From contig JAUPSS010000006.1 in assembly GCA_040285825.1 (NCBI GenBank), positions 1,302,001 to 1,366,000 of the forward strand: a stretch of 64,000 nt of DNA. Direction: 5' to 3'. Positions 33,931 through 48,099 of this stretch are shown in pieces. How positions within the stretch are numbered: the first letter of the stretch is position 1; each line of letters begins with the position of its first letter. The DNA comes from Eukaryota sp. TZLM1-RC (lineage: Eukaryota > Protista > Metamonada: BaSk clade). The notes under the pieces are model-generated. The model had not been told where the DNA came from. It ran no database searches and worked only from the letters and a program-made list of their open reading frames with translations. The translations under genes were made by a program, and so were the position numbers.

Positions 33931-36900
33931 ATTGATGTTACAAGAGTTCAATTTTTCTTTCATCATCTTTTTAATAATTTTTTACATTGGGGACAAGTTT
34001 CATAAATCATATCTTCTTTATTGATAAACAGTGATTCGTTAAACTCATCTTTCAATTGTGCTAATTTCAATTACTGATTCCAATAAAATTTATCTTGTTC
34101 TTCAGTGTAATCACTTTCACATTTATCTTTAACTATTTCTTTTAATTCAAGTAAATTTGAAGGTTTGTCTTTTAATATTGTATTCATTTCATTAACGATA
34201 TCTTCTTATACTTGCAAGATATTGTAAAATCCTTTCTAATTGTATTTCACTTTCTAAAATAGTTGTTGGTATTGAAATTCAAGAAAAAACATCTTCTAAA
34301 AAAGCTGCATTACATAAAATCGAAGATTTAGTAAACCCAATTCACCCACCCAATTCAATTCAATTTTGCACCCAATTCAGCAGAACAATAAACATGACTT
34401 CGTATTAAAAATTCATTTACGTTCAAATAAGGAGGAAAAAATTTGACCCGAAGTTTGTTGAAAGATCTACAAAAATCAAGAGCTACTGAAGGAGGAGTTG
34501 ACCTTAAAATAGGAGTGAATTTTCCAGAATAACAAATTATTTAAATAAAAAATTTCATGTGTTTTTCAATATCACATTCAGCAATAAATCTAAGGTTATT
34601 GTCAAAATTCTTCAATAAATTGTTCAACTGGGAATAAAATTCATCTAAATTACCTAACCAACATCCAAGAACTTGAACGCTTGTCGTTCAAAATTAATAA
34701 AGGGAATTTGAACACCATCAATCAATTAACAACAAGTACAAAAAAGGGTTTCAAAACATTGTTGAATTTTTCAAACAGATTTTACCCGACGTTTCTCTGA
34801 CTCAAGGTAATTTCTACTTGTACAGCAATAAGGAGTTGTCATCCCACACTTTTAATTCATTACCCCCTTATTTCAATCTTCTGGTTGGGGAATCCTTTTG
34901 GGATGGACTAGGTCTTAGTGCCCACCAAATTGATTCTCTTGGAATTTGCAGAAATTGAATTGATGTTACAAGAGTTCAATTTTTCTTTCATCATCTTTTT
35001 AATAATTTTTTACATTGAGGACAAGTTTCATAAATCATATCTTCTTTATTGATAAACAGTGATTCGTTAAACTCATCTTTCAATTGTGCTAATTTCAATT
35101 TCTGATTCCAATAAAATTTATCTTGTTCTTCAATTTTCTTCAAATTTTTCTTTCATCATCTTTTTAATAATTTTTTTACATTGGGGACAAGTTTCATAAA
35201 TCATATCTTCTTCATTGATAAACAGTGATTCGTTAAACTCATCTTTGAATTGTGCTAATTTCAATTTCTGATTCCAATAAAATTTATCTTGTTCTTCAGT
35301 GTAATCACTTTCACATTTATCTTTAACTATTTCTTTTAATTCAAGTAAATTTGAAGGTTTGTCTTTTAATAATGTATTCATTTCATTAACGATATCTTCT
35401 TATGCTTGCAAGATATTGTAAAATCCGTTCTAATTGTATTTCACTTTCTAAAATAGTTGTTGGTATTGAAATTCAAGAAAAAACATCTTCTAAAAAAGCT
35501 GCATTACATAAAATTGAAGATTTAGTAAACCCAATTCACCCACCCAATTCAATTCAATTTTGCACCCAATTCAGCAGAACGATAAACATGACTTCGTATT
35601 AAAAATTCATTTACGTCCAATGAAGAAGGAAAAAATTTGACCCGAAGTTTGTTGAGAGATCTACAAAAATCAAGAGCTACTGAAGGAGGAGTTGACCTTA
35701 AAATAGGAGTGAATTTTCCAGAATAACAAATTATTTAAATAAAAAATTTGATGTGTTTTTCAATATCACATTCAGCAATAAATCTAAGGTTATTGTCAAA
35801 ATTCTTCAATAAATTGTTCAACTGGGAATAAAATTCATCTAAATTACCTAACCAACATCCAAGAACTTGAACGCTTGTCGTTCAAAATTAATAAAGGAAT
35901 TTGAGCACCATCAATCAATTAACAACAAGTACAAAAAAGGGTTTCAAAACATTGTTGAATTTTTCAAACAGATTTTCCCCGACGTTTCTCTGACTCAAGG
36001 CAATTTCTACTTGTACAGCAATAAGGAGTTGTCATCTCACACTTTCAATTCATTACCCTCTAATTTCAATCTTACGGTTGGGGAATCCTTTTGGGATGGA
36101 CTAGGTCTTAGTGCCCACCAAATTGATTCTCTTGGAATTTGCAGAAATTCAATTGATGTTACAAGAGTTCAATTTTTCTTTCATCATCTTTTTAATAATT
36201 TTTTACATTGGGGACAAGTTTCATAAATCATATCTTCTTTATTGATAAACAGTGATTCGTTAAACTCATCTTTCAATTGTGTTAATTTCAATTTCTGATT
36301 CCAATTAAATTTATCTTGTTCTTCAGTGTAATTACTTTCACATTTATCTTTAACTATTTCTTTTAATTCAAGTAAATTTGAAGGTTTGTCTTTTAATATT
36401 GTATTCATTTCATTAACGATATCTTCTTATACTTGCAAGATATTGTAAAATCCTTTCTAATTGTATTTCACTTTCTAAAATAGTTGTTGGTATTGAAATT
36501 CAAGAAAAAACATCTTCTAAAAAAGCTGCATTACATAAAATCGAAGATTTAGTAAACCCAATTCACCCACCCAATTCAATTCAATTTTGCACCCAATTCA
36601 GCAGAACGATAAACATGACTTCGTATTAAAAATTCATTTACTTCCAATGAAGAAGGAAAAAATTTGACCCGAAGTTTGTTGAAAGATCTACAAAAATCAA
36701 GAGCTACTGAAGGAGGAGTTGACCTTAAAATATGAGTGAAATTTCCAGAATAACAAATTATTTAAATAAAAAATTTGATGTGTTTTTCAATATCACATTC
36801 AGCAATAAATCTAAGGTTATTGTCAAAATTCTTCAATAAATTGTTCAACTGGGAATAAAATTCACCTAAATTACCTAACCAACATCCAAGAACTTGAACG

Positions 36901-39900
36901 CTTGTTGTTCAAAATTAATAAAGGTGTTTTGAGCACCATCAATCAATCAACAACAATTACAAAAAAGGGTTTCAAAACATTGTTGAATTTTTCAAACAGA
37001 TTTTCCCCGACGTTTCTCTGACTCAAGGTAATTTCTACTTGTACAGCAATAAGGAGTTGTCATCTCACACTTTCAATTCATTACCCCCTTATTTCAATCT
37101 TCTGGTTGAGGAATCCTTTTGGGATGGACTAGGTCTTAGTGCCCACCAAATGGATTCTCTTGGAATTTGCAGAAATTGAATTGATGTTACAAGAGTTCAA
37201 TTTTTCTTTCATCATCTTTTTAATAATTTTTTTACATTGGGGACAAGTTTCATAAATCATATCTTCTTCATTGATAAACAGTGATTCGTTAAACTCATCT
37301 TTCAATTGTGCTAATTTCAATTTCTGATTCCAATAAAATTTATCTTGTTCTTCAGTGTAATCACTTTCACATTTATCTTTAACCATTTCTTTTAATTCAA
37401 GTAAATTTGAAAATTTGTCTTTTAATAATGTATTCATTTCATTAATGATATCTTATGCTTGCAAGACATTGTAAAATCCTTTCCAATTGTATTTCACTTT
37501 CTAAAATAGTTGTTGGTATTAAAATTCAAGAAAAAACATCTTCTAAAAAATCTGCATTACATAAAATCGCAGAATTTGTAAACCCAATTCACCCACCCAA
37601 TTCAATTCAATTTTGCACCCAATTCAGCAGAACAATAAACATGACTTCGTATTAAAAATTCATTTACGTCCAATGAAGAAGGAAAAAATTTGACCCGAAG
37701 TTTGTTGAAAGATCTACAAAAATCAAGAGCTACTGAAGGAGGAGTTGACCTTAAAATAGGAGTGAATTTTCCAGAATAACAAATTATTTAAATAAAAAAT
37801 TTGATGTGTTTTTCAATATCACATTCAGCAATAAATCTAAGGTTATTGTCAAAATTCTTCAATAAATTGTTCAACTGGGAATAAAATTCATCTCAATTAC
37901 CTAACCAACATCCAAGAACTTGAACGCTTGTCGTTCAAAATTAATAAAGGGAATTTGAACACCATCAATCAATTAACAACAAGTACAAAAAAGGGTTTCA
38001 AAACATTGTTGAATTTTTCAAACAGATTTTCCCCGACGTTTCTCTGACTCAAGGTAATTTCTACTTGTACAGCAATAAGGAGTTGTCATCTCACACTTTC
38101 AATTCATTACCCCCTAATTTCAATCTTATGGTTGGGGAATCCTTTTGGGATGGACTAGGTCTTAGTGCCCACCAAATTGATTCTCTTGGAATTTGCAGAA
38201 ATTGAATTGATGTTACAAGAGTTCAATTATTCTTTCATCATCTTTTTGATAATTGTTTTACATTGGGGACAAGTTTCATAAATCATATCTTCTTCATTGA
38301 TAAACAGTGATTCGTTAAACTCCTCTTTCAATTGTGCTAATTTCAATTTCTGATTCCAATAAAATTTATCTTGTTCTTCAGTGTAATCACTTTCACATTT
38401 ATCTTTAACCATTTCTTTTAATTCAAGTAAATTTGAAAATTTGTCTTTTAATAATGTATTCATTTCATTAATGATATCTTATGCTTGCAAGACATTGTAA
38501 AATCCTTTCTAATTGTATTTCACTTTCTAAAATAGTTGTTGGTATTGAAATTCAAGAAAAAACATCTTCTAAAAAATCTGCATTACATAAAATCGCAGAT
38601 TTTGTAAACCCAATTCACCCACCCAATTCAATTCAATTTTGCACCCAATTCAGCAGAACAATAAACATGACTTCGTATTAAAAAAATTCATTTACGTCCA
38701 ATGAAGAAGGAAAAAAAATTTGACCCGAAGTTTGTTGAAAGATCTACAAAAAAATCAAGAGCTACTGAAGGAGGAGTTGACCTTAAAATAGGAGTGAATT
38801 TTTCCAGAATAACAAATTATTTAAATAAAAAAAATTTGATGTGTTTTCAATATCACATTCAGCAATAAATCTAAGGTTATTGTCAAAATTCTTCAATAAA
38901 TTGTTCAACTGGGAATAAAAATTCATCTAAATTACCTAACCAACATCCAAGAACTTGAACGCTTGTCGTTCAAAATTAATAAAGGGAATTTGAACACCAT
39001 CAATCAATTAACAACAAGTACAAAAAAGGGTTTCAAAACATTGTTGAATTTTTCAAACAGATTTTCCCCGACGTTTCTCTGACTCAAGGTAATTTCTACT
39101 TGTACAGCAATAAGGAGTTGTCATCTCACACTTTCAATTCATTACCCCCTAATTTCAATCTTATGGTTGGGGAATCCTTTTGGGATGGGCTAGGTCTTGG
39201 TGCCCACCAAATTGATTCTATTGGAATTTGCAGAAATTGAATTGATGTTACAAGAGTTCAATTTTTCTTTCATCCTCTTTTTAATAATTTTTTACATTGG
39301 GGACAAGTTTCATAAATCATATCTTCTTCATTGATAAACAGTGATTCGTTAAACTCATCTTTCAATTGTGCTAATTTCAATTTCTGATTCCAATAAAATT
39401 TATCTTGTTCTTCAGTGTAATTACTTTCACATTTATCTTTAACCATTTCTTTTAATTCAAGTAAATTTGAAAATTTTTCTTTTAATAATGTATTCATTTC
39501 ATTAATGATATCTTATGCTTGCAAGACATTGTAAAATATTTTCTAATTGTATTTCACTTTCTAAAATAGTTGTTGGTATTGAAATTCAAGAAAAAACATC
39601 TTCTAAAAAAGCTGCATTACATAAAATCGCAGATTTTGTAAACCCAATTCACCCACCCAATTCAATTCAATTTTGCACCCAATTCAGCAGAACAATAAAC
39701 ATGACTTCGTATTAAAAATTCATTTACGTCCAATGAAGAAGGAAAAAATTTGACCCGAAGTTTGTTGAAAGATCTACAAAAATCAAGAGCTACTGAAGGA
39801 GGAGTTGACCTTAAAATAGGAGTGAATTTTCCAGAATAACAAATTATTTAAATAAAAAATTTGATGTGTTTTTCAATATCACATTCAGCAATAAATCTAA

Positions 39901-42535
39901 GGTTATTGTCAAAATTCTTCAATAAATTGTTCAACTGGGAATAAAATTCATCTAAATTACCTAACCAACATCCTAGAACTTGAACGCTTGTCGTTCAAAA
40001 TTAATAAAGGGAATTTGAACACCATCAATCAATTAACAACAAGTACAAAAAAGGGTTTCAAAACATTGTTGAATTTTTTTCAAACAGATTTTTCCCCGAC
40101 GTTTCTCTGACTCAAGGTAATTTCTACTTGTACAGCAATAAGGAGTTGTCATCTCACACTTTCAATTCATTACCCCCTAATTTCAATTTTATGGTTGGGG
40201 AATCCTTTTGGGATGGGCTAGGTCTTGGTGCCCACCAAATTGATTCTATTGGAATTTGCAGAAATTGAATTGATGTTACAAGAGTTCAATTTTTCTTTCA
40301 TCCTCTTTTTAATAATTTTTTACATTGGGGACAAGTTTCATAAATCATATCTTCTTCATTGATAAACAGTGATTCGTTAAACTCATCTTTCAATTGTGCT
40401 AATTTCAATTTCTGATTCCAATAAAATTTATCTTGTTCTTCAGTGTAATTACTTTCACATTTATCTTTAACCATTTCTTTTAATTCAAGTAAATTTGAAA
40501 ATTTTTCTTTTAATAATGTATTCATTTCATTAATGATATCTTATGCTTGCAAGACATTGTAAAATCCTTTCTAATTGTATTTCACTTTCTAAAATAGTTG
40601 TTGGTATTGAAATTCAAGAAAAAAAACATCTTCTAAAAAAAGCTGCATTACATAAAAATCGCAGATTTTTGTAAAACCCAATTCACCCACCCAATTCAAT
40701 TCAATTTTGCACCCAATTCAGCAGAACAATAAACATGACTTCGTATTAAAAATTCATTTACGTCCAATGAAGAAGGAAAAAATTTGACCCGAAGTTTGTT
40801 GAAAGATCTACAAAAATCAAGAGCTACTGAAGGAGGAGTTGACCTTAAAATAGGAGTGAATTTTCCAGAATAACAAATTATTTAAATAAAAAATTTGATG
40901 TGTTTTTCAATATCACATTCAGCAATAAATCTAAGGTTATTGTCAAAATTCTTCAATAAATTGTTCAACTGGGAATAAAATTCATCTAAATTACCTAACC
41001 AACATCCAAGAACTTGAACGCTTGTCGTTCAAAATTAATAAAGGGAATTTGAACACCATCAATCAATTAACAACAAGTACAAAAAAGGGTTTCAAAACAT
41101 TGTTGAATTTTTCAAACAGATTTTCCCCGACGTTTCTCTGACTCAAGGTAATTTCTACTTGTACAGCAATAAGGAGTTGTCATCTCACACTTTCAATTCA
41201 TTACCCCCTAATTTCAATCTTATGGTTGGGGAATCCTTTTGGGATGGACTAGGTCTTGGTGCCCACCAAATTGATTCTATTGGAATTTGCAGAAATTGAA
41301 TTGATGTTACAAGAGTTCAATTTTTCTTTCATCATCTTTTCAATAATTTTTTACATTGGGGACAAGTTTCATAAATCATATCTTCTTCATTGATAAACAG
41401 TGATTCGTTAAATTGTGCTAATTTCAATTTCTGATTCCAATAAAATTTATCTTGTTCTTCAGTGTAATTACTTTCACATTTATCTTTAACCATTTCTTTT
41501 AATTCAAGTAAATTTGAAAATTTTTCTTTTAATAATGTATTCATTTCATTAATGATATCTTATGCTTGCAAGACATTGTAAAATCCTTTCTAATTGTATT
41601 TCACTTTCTAAAATAGTTGTTGGTATTGAAATTCAAGAAAAAACATCTTCTAAAAAAGCTGCATTACATAAAACCGCAGATTTTGTAAACCCAATTCACC
41701 CACCCAATTCAATTCAATTTTGCACCCAATTCAGCAGAACAATAAACATGACTTCGTATTAAAAATTCATTTACGTCCAATGAAGAAGGAAAAAATTTGA
41801 CCCGAAGTTTGTTGAAAGATCTACAAAAATCAAGAGCTACTGAAGGAGGAGTTGACCTTAAAATAGGAGTGAATTTTCCAGAATAACAAATTATTTAAAT
41901 AAAAAATTTGATGTGTTTTTCAATATCACATTCAGTAATAAATCTAAGGTTATTGTCAAAATTCTTCAATAAATTGTTCAACTGGGAATAAAATTCATCT
42001 AAATTACCTAACCAACATCCAAGAACTTGAACGCTTGTCGTTCAAAATTAATAAAGGGAATTTGAACACCATCAATCAATTAACAACAAGTACAAAAAAG
42101 GGTTTCAAAACATTGTTGAATTTTTCAAACAGATTTTCCCCGACGTTTCTCTGACTCAAGGTAATTTCTACTTGTACAGCAATAAGGAGTTGTCATCTCA
42201 CACTTTCAATTCATTACCCCCTAATTTCAATCTTATGGTTGGGGAATCCTTTTGGGATGGGCTAGGTCTTGGTGCCCACCAAATTGATTCTATTGGAATT
42301 TGCAGAAATTGAATTGATGTTACAAGAGTTCAATTTTTCTTTCATCCTCTTTTTAATAATTTTTTACATTGGGGACAAGTTTCATAAATCATATCTTCTT
42401 CATTGATAAACAGTGATTCGTTAAACTCATCTTTCAATTGTGCTAATTTCAATTTCTGATTCCAATAAAATTTTATCTTGTTCTTCAATTTTCATCAAAT
42501 TTTTCTTTCATCATCTTTTTAATTATTTTTTACAT
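33700..42535. repeat. Tandem array of about 8.5 units of about 1.03 kb: family C 3' end, unknown antisense acidic fragment, antisense RT-thumb fragment
   Basis: Junction CACCATCAATCAATTAACAACAAGTAC recurs at about 34720, 35915, 36945 (variant), 37970, 39005, 40030, 41065 and 42075. The minus strand reads FLGCWLGN...EKHMKF...ILRSTPP...GFTKSSILCNAAF. Confidence 0.95.
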
Positions 42536-42881
42536 TTTTTTTAAAAAACTGGAATATTTATTGAGATAAAAAAACCCATCTAGAATTCATTATCCTCCAA
42601 ACAAGCGTCATTATTACTGAACCTACTCACAGCATCACGTTCATATTCTACACCAATAGCTAAAAGTGCCTTTGAAATCATTGTTGGAATAGACTTGAAA
42701 ATGCAAAAAAACAATTCTATTTAACCAGAAAGTGGAGTTCATTGTTTTACCAGACCTATTCAGTAACACTTTTTTAAAATTTTCAAAAAAGTGCAACCCT
42801 GAAGGTCCAATATTGCCAAAAAGAGAAATTGCAAACGGCACAAACTGATATTTCACATGTTGCACTCTACCTAACTGTGCC
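42536..42881 (-). mobile_element. F2 retrotransposon 3' fragment
   Basis: AQLGRVQHVKYQFVPFAISLFGNIGP...; matches 13820-14155 and 24670-25005. Confidence 0.85.
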
Positions 42882-42907
42882 TTCAAGTCTTTTCAACCTA
42901 ATTGCAG

Positions 42908-43521
42908 ATCTTCTTTGCTTTCTTGTTATATGTATGAACAATAATGGAGAACCTAGGCTTGTTTTTGATCCAAAACTGAAGCTTCCAACACAGTTTGCAC
43001 TTCTTTGTGGTTCATTCAACCCTCTTCACTCTGGACATCTGTCTATGGCTGAGTCGTTTATGTCTCAGTTCCATCTTCCAGTCTTTGCCGAAATAGCAGC
43101 AAATAATGCTGATAAGGGCTGGATTTCAGAAGATGAGCTGAATCAACGATTGGGACAATTCACTAGTGATTCACTGTTTTCAGGAGTTTTGGTAACATTA
43201 TTTCCTACGTTTTTTGAGAAAACATCCTTTATTTTATCTTTTTCACAGTGGAAACCCTTATTATTGGTTATGACACCGCCATTCGAATCATTAATCCCAA
43301 GTACTATAAGTCTACCACAGAAATGAACTCCCTCTTCTCTTGGTTTGGTAACTTAGGAGGAAGGTTTGTTGTAGCTGGAAGATTGGTAGATGGTGAGTTC
43401 ATACAGTGGGATTGTGAAGAACATACTGATATCTTTTTGAGTTTGGACAACTTTAGATATAAGCAGCACAGAAATTCGATCTAAAAAACTCAGTACATTG
43501 AGATGTGTAAATAGATTATAA
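42908..43521 (+). pseudogene. HxGH nucleotidylyltransferase (NMNAT/POF1-like), probably 5' truncated, two frameshifts
   Basis: GSFNPLHSGH, EIAANNADKG, PTFFEK, IIGYDTAIRIINPKYY, VAGR, and DISSTEIR in a third frame from 43456; preceded by an intron-like 3' end CCTAATTGCAG. Confidence 0.8.
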
Positions 43522-44172
43522 TTTAATTAAGTCAATAGTAGTTTTCTGAGCGAATTACAAAAATAGTCACGTTTTCTCCCGCCTTTCCTTATTCTTTCTA
43601 TCGGACATTCAGCTCGGTCTCTGTCGCCCTCCTGTTGGTTCTCAACATTAAAAATAATAATATAGCAAACATAGCAAAGTTTTCTTCGTATGATCTAAAG
43701 ATTCTACTAATACCTATTTGTTTTACTCGCCAAACTGTGACATAGTTTGTTTCAACTGCCACAATCCCCTGTTTAACATCTTGTTTTATCACTACGTTAA
43801 TAAAAGATGGTTTGTTCCAGATCATCGTATGAGGTGAACAGTATTTATTTGACTGGACAACAGTCAAACACTCAAACAGTCAAACAGTCATCGCCGACTT
43901 TACGAAATTGTGAGTGTCGTCCTGGTCTAATAGATGTATTACGTAACTCAGAATTAACTCGGACCATCTATTTGGTCACGAGATAATAACCATTTTTTTG
44001 CTACCGCAAAAGAACGGGAAGCTGGAGTTTGTGTTTAGATTCATACAAAACTCAGGTTTCGTATACATTGCCAGGGCCATCACGAAGACATATCAGCTCA
44101 ACTAAGGCTTTGACGTTGGCCAATAGATCGCAGGACAAATTAAATTGTAATCATACCTTTGAATTCACTGAG

Positions 44173-44885
44173 AAATCAATCATCCGAGAAATTAAGTAAA
44201 ATTTTTGAAGACAAATGCTTTGACAACAAATGGTCCAAGGCTTTGTCAGCTTTAAGTCCCGGGGTTAAAGCACCTAATAATGATAATACAATAGATAAAC
44301 TAACAATACTTCATCCTTATGAAGACCCTATAATGGATCAAAATTTTTATGGCACATACTGGGAAAATTATCCATTGATGCCATCAGAAGTTTTCTCGGT
44401 GATCAAAAAAAACCACGTGGTAAGTCTGCCGGACTTTCTAGTTTTACTATTGATCATGTAAAAGCCGCGATTATTTCTTCAGAAGATTGCCTTGGTTTAT
44501 TGACCAAATTTTTCAACCAAATATTATCTGGTCAACGCAAATACCCAGAAGAATTAAGAAGTTCTCGTTTGACTGCACTTGTCAAAAATTCAAAAATGGA
44601 TGTTCGTCCTATTGCAGTCTCTGAGTGCTTACACAATATTTTTTCTGCATGTTGCTTAAGCAGGTTCAATGAAAAAGCGAAAAAGATTTTATTACCCTTT
44701 CAATATGGTATAAATACTACAGATGGAGTCTCTTCAGCGATTTTTGCTACTGATGTCTTATTTCGTCAAAATGAATCCAATGTTTGCATGTCATTGGATT
44801 TTAGTACTGCTTTCAATTCACTAAGTCGTCGCAGTATCCATGGTGCTCTATTGCAATATATGCCGGAATTAATACCATATTTTCA
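44173..44885 (+). mobile_element. F1 internal fragment (pre-RT and RT domains 0-3)
   Basis: Matches about 56660-57372; VRPIAV, PFQYG, SLDFS.AFNS. Confidence 0.9.
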
Positions 44886-45256
44886 GGGCTGAATAATCGC
44901 CCTTGTAATAATGTCATTTTCCCTTTTCTAGAGCTTGTCAGTTTTCTCAGAAAACTATCCCTCCATTTAATTTTCACAAAACTTCATCGGGAATACTACG
45001 TGAATTAATTAATTGGTTGACCCAATTGTATAATCAGGAGACACATGCCAATGTTCATCCTTAACTAATTGTTGTTGGCTATTCTATGATTATTTTAAAT
45101 AAACTGCATACCAGGTTTGAAATTGGTACTTCTCGACCTTACCCTTGCATGACAGAATAATGTTGCTCTAGCTCTCTAAGTTTTCCTTTTCTCAATTGCT
45201 CACGTAAAGTGTCTCCAGTTGACCAAACACAAAGAGAATTTAGTGTTGATCACTTG

Positions 45257-46291
45257 TTTCCATCTTTAAATCATTCTTTTTTTCTTGCTGAACATTTAAT
45301 GCCGATCCGTGATATGAATGAGTTCAAAAAGTTCTGTGATATTGCGTTCCCAAATTCTACCATTCACAATTACGGGGATGCATTTAATGCGACAGGTGGT
45401 GTTGGTAGATACCTCAACCATTATATTTCGAATGACCAAAGAGAATTAAGTGTTGATCACTTGTTTGCAGCTCTGGATGATCCGAAATTTGAAGCTTTTT
45501 GCTCATTTTTTGTACAACTGGACCGTCATAATGTTCCAATTTCCCAAATCAAATCATTAAATATTCGGAATTCGGACATTAACCGTTTTAAGGATAAATC
45601 TCTTATTCTTGAACAAGATAGTCTTTATCACCTCTTGATTCCAAAACATATGGAATACCTAAAGAAATATTTCGAGAAGGAGGAAAACTCATTCATGTAT
45701 GCTTTTCGAATTCTACTACATGGTTTTGTTAATGGTAGTGCTGGAGCACAGGTTGAGTCCTATATTATTCAAGGTTTGTATGAAAAGCCAGTTGCTATGA
45801 AAAAAATTCATCGGTCAAACAATCGTTACTATTTTGAAGATGGTTCTGATGTTGTTTCATCTGATTTTCCACTGTTTCAAAGTCATGTTTTTCGAATGGC
45901 TCAAGATACGGGAGTAGATGGTTTTAATCTCGAGCCCACTGATAATGATGAAGAATACCAATTACACTGCATTCAAGTCAAAGTGGGAAATCATAACTCA
46001 AAATTAACTAATGGGAATTTTGATAATGCTAACGACAGAACAAACACGCTTTCGGGAATCTACAACAAGTACAAAAAAGGGTTTCAAAACATTGTTGAAT
46101 TTTTCAAACAGATTTTACCCGACGTTTCTCTGACTCAAGGTAATTTCTACTTGTACAGCAATAAGGAGTTGTCATCTCACACTTTCAATTCATTACCCCC
46201 TTATTTCAATCTTCTGGTTGGGGAATCCTTTTGGGATGGACTAGGTCTTAGTGCCCACCAAATTGATTCTCTTGGAATTTGCAGAAATTGA
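45257..46291 (+). pseudogene. Family C copy 3, 5' truncated (no Walker A/B; nuclease domain intact)
   Basis: ORF 45209-46291 is near-identical to the C-terminal about 345 aa of family C. Confidence 0.8.
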
Positions 46292-47855
46292 ATTGATGTT
46301 ACAAGAGTTCAATTTTTCTTTCATCATCTTTTTAATAATTTTTTTACATTGGGGACAAGTTTCATAAATCATATCTTCTTCATTGATAAACAGTGATTCG
46401 TTAAACTCATCTTTCAATTGTGCTAATTTCCATTTCAGATTCCAATAAAATTTATCTTGTTCTTCAATTTTCTTCAAATTTTTCTTTCATCATCTTTTTA
46501 ATAATTTTTTTACATTGGGGACAAGTTTCATAAATCATATCTTCTTCATTGATAAACAGTGATTCGTTAAACTCATCTTTCAATTGTGCTAATTTCAATT
46601 TCTGATTCCAATATAATTTATCTTGTTCTTCAGTGTAATCACTTTCACATTTATCTTTAACTATTTCTTTTAATTCAAGTAAATTTGAAGGCTTGTCTTT
46701 TAATAATGTATTCATTTCATTAACGATATCTTCTTATACTTGCAAGATATTGTAAAATCCTTTCTATTTGTATTTCACTTTCTAAAATAGTTGTTGGTAT
46801 TGAAATTCAAGAAAAAACATCTTCTAAAAAAGCTGCATTACATAAAATCGAAGATTTAGTAAACTCAATTCACCCACCCAATTCAATTCAATTTTGCACC
46901 CAATTCAGCAGAACAATAAACATGACTTCGTATTAAAAATTCATTTACGTTCAAATAAGGAGAAAAAAAGTTGACCCGAAGTTTGTTGAAAGATCTACAA
47001 AAATCAAGAGCTACTGAAGGAGGAGTTGACCTTAAAATAGGAGTGAATTTTCCAGAATAACAAATTATTTAAATACAAAATTTCATGTGTTTTTCAATAT
47101 CACATTCAGCAATAAATCTAAGGTTATTGTCAAAATTCTTCAATAAATTGTTCAACTGGGAATAAAATTCATCTAAATTACCTAACCAACATCCAAGAAC
47201 TTGAACGCTTGTCGTTCAAAATTAATAAAGGGAATTTGAGCACCATCAATCAATTAACAACAAGTACAAAATAGGGTTTCAAAACATTGTTGAATTTTTC
47301 AAACAGATTTTCCCCGACGTTTCTCTGACTCAAGGTAATTTCTACTTGTACAGCAATAAGGAGTTGTCATCCCACACTTTCAATTCATTACCCCCTTATT
47401 TCAATCTTCTGGTTGGGGAATCCTTTTGGGATGGACTAGGTCTTAGTGCCCACCAAATTGATTCTCTTGGAATTTGCAGAAATTGAATTGATGTTACAAG
47501 AGTTCAATTTTTCTTTCATCATCTTTTTAATAATTTTTTACATTGGGGACATGTTTCATAAATCATATCTTCTTCATTGATAAACAGTGATTCGTTAAAC
47601 TCATCTTTCAATTGTGCTAATTTCCATTTCAGATTCCAATAAAATTTATCTTGTTCTTCAGTGTAATCACTTTCACATTTATCTTTAACTATTTCATTTA
47701 ATTCAAGTAAATTTCAAGGTTTGTTTTTTAATAATGTATTCATTTCATTAACGATATCTTCTTATGCTTGCAAGACATTGTAAAATCCTTTCTAATTGTA
47801 TTTCAGTTTCTAAAAATAAAATAGTTGTTGGTATTGAAATTCAAGAAAAAACATC
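46062..47855. repeat. Further about 1.5 units of the 1.03 kb repeat
   Basis: Same unit and junction (about 47250), including the internal about 170 bp duplication also seen at 35130. Confidence 0.9.
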
Positions 47856-48099
47856 TGAAGTCATTGAGGCAACAGAAGCACCTTCAATAGTTTTAATACT
47901 AAATTGGAAAGGCTTCAAATAGTCCCTTGCCTTAGTAGAAATTCCGTTAAAAATAAGAGAAGAAAGCAATCTCGTTAAACTCCCCAATAGCAATTGGTCT
48001 AACTTCATCAGGTTTGTTGCTTTTTCCTGGTTTAATTAAAGCAACTAACCGAGCAGCAGTCAATTCAGGTGGAGGAACATAATTCAAACACATTAAACT

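Noticed and set aside
35402-41762. Repeated 66-aa plus-strand ORF (MLAR...MTSY) as a small gene
   Set aside because: It is antisense to the RT-thumb fragment, spans a chimeric junction and is broken in several units.
33700-42535. CRISPR-like array
   Set aside because: Units are about 1 kb and wholly repeated, with no unique spacers and no cas genes; eukaryotic context.
43598-43867. 89-aa minus-strand ORF
   Set aside because: TTG start, no motif and no paralogue in the window.
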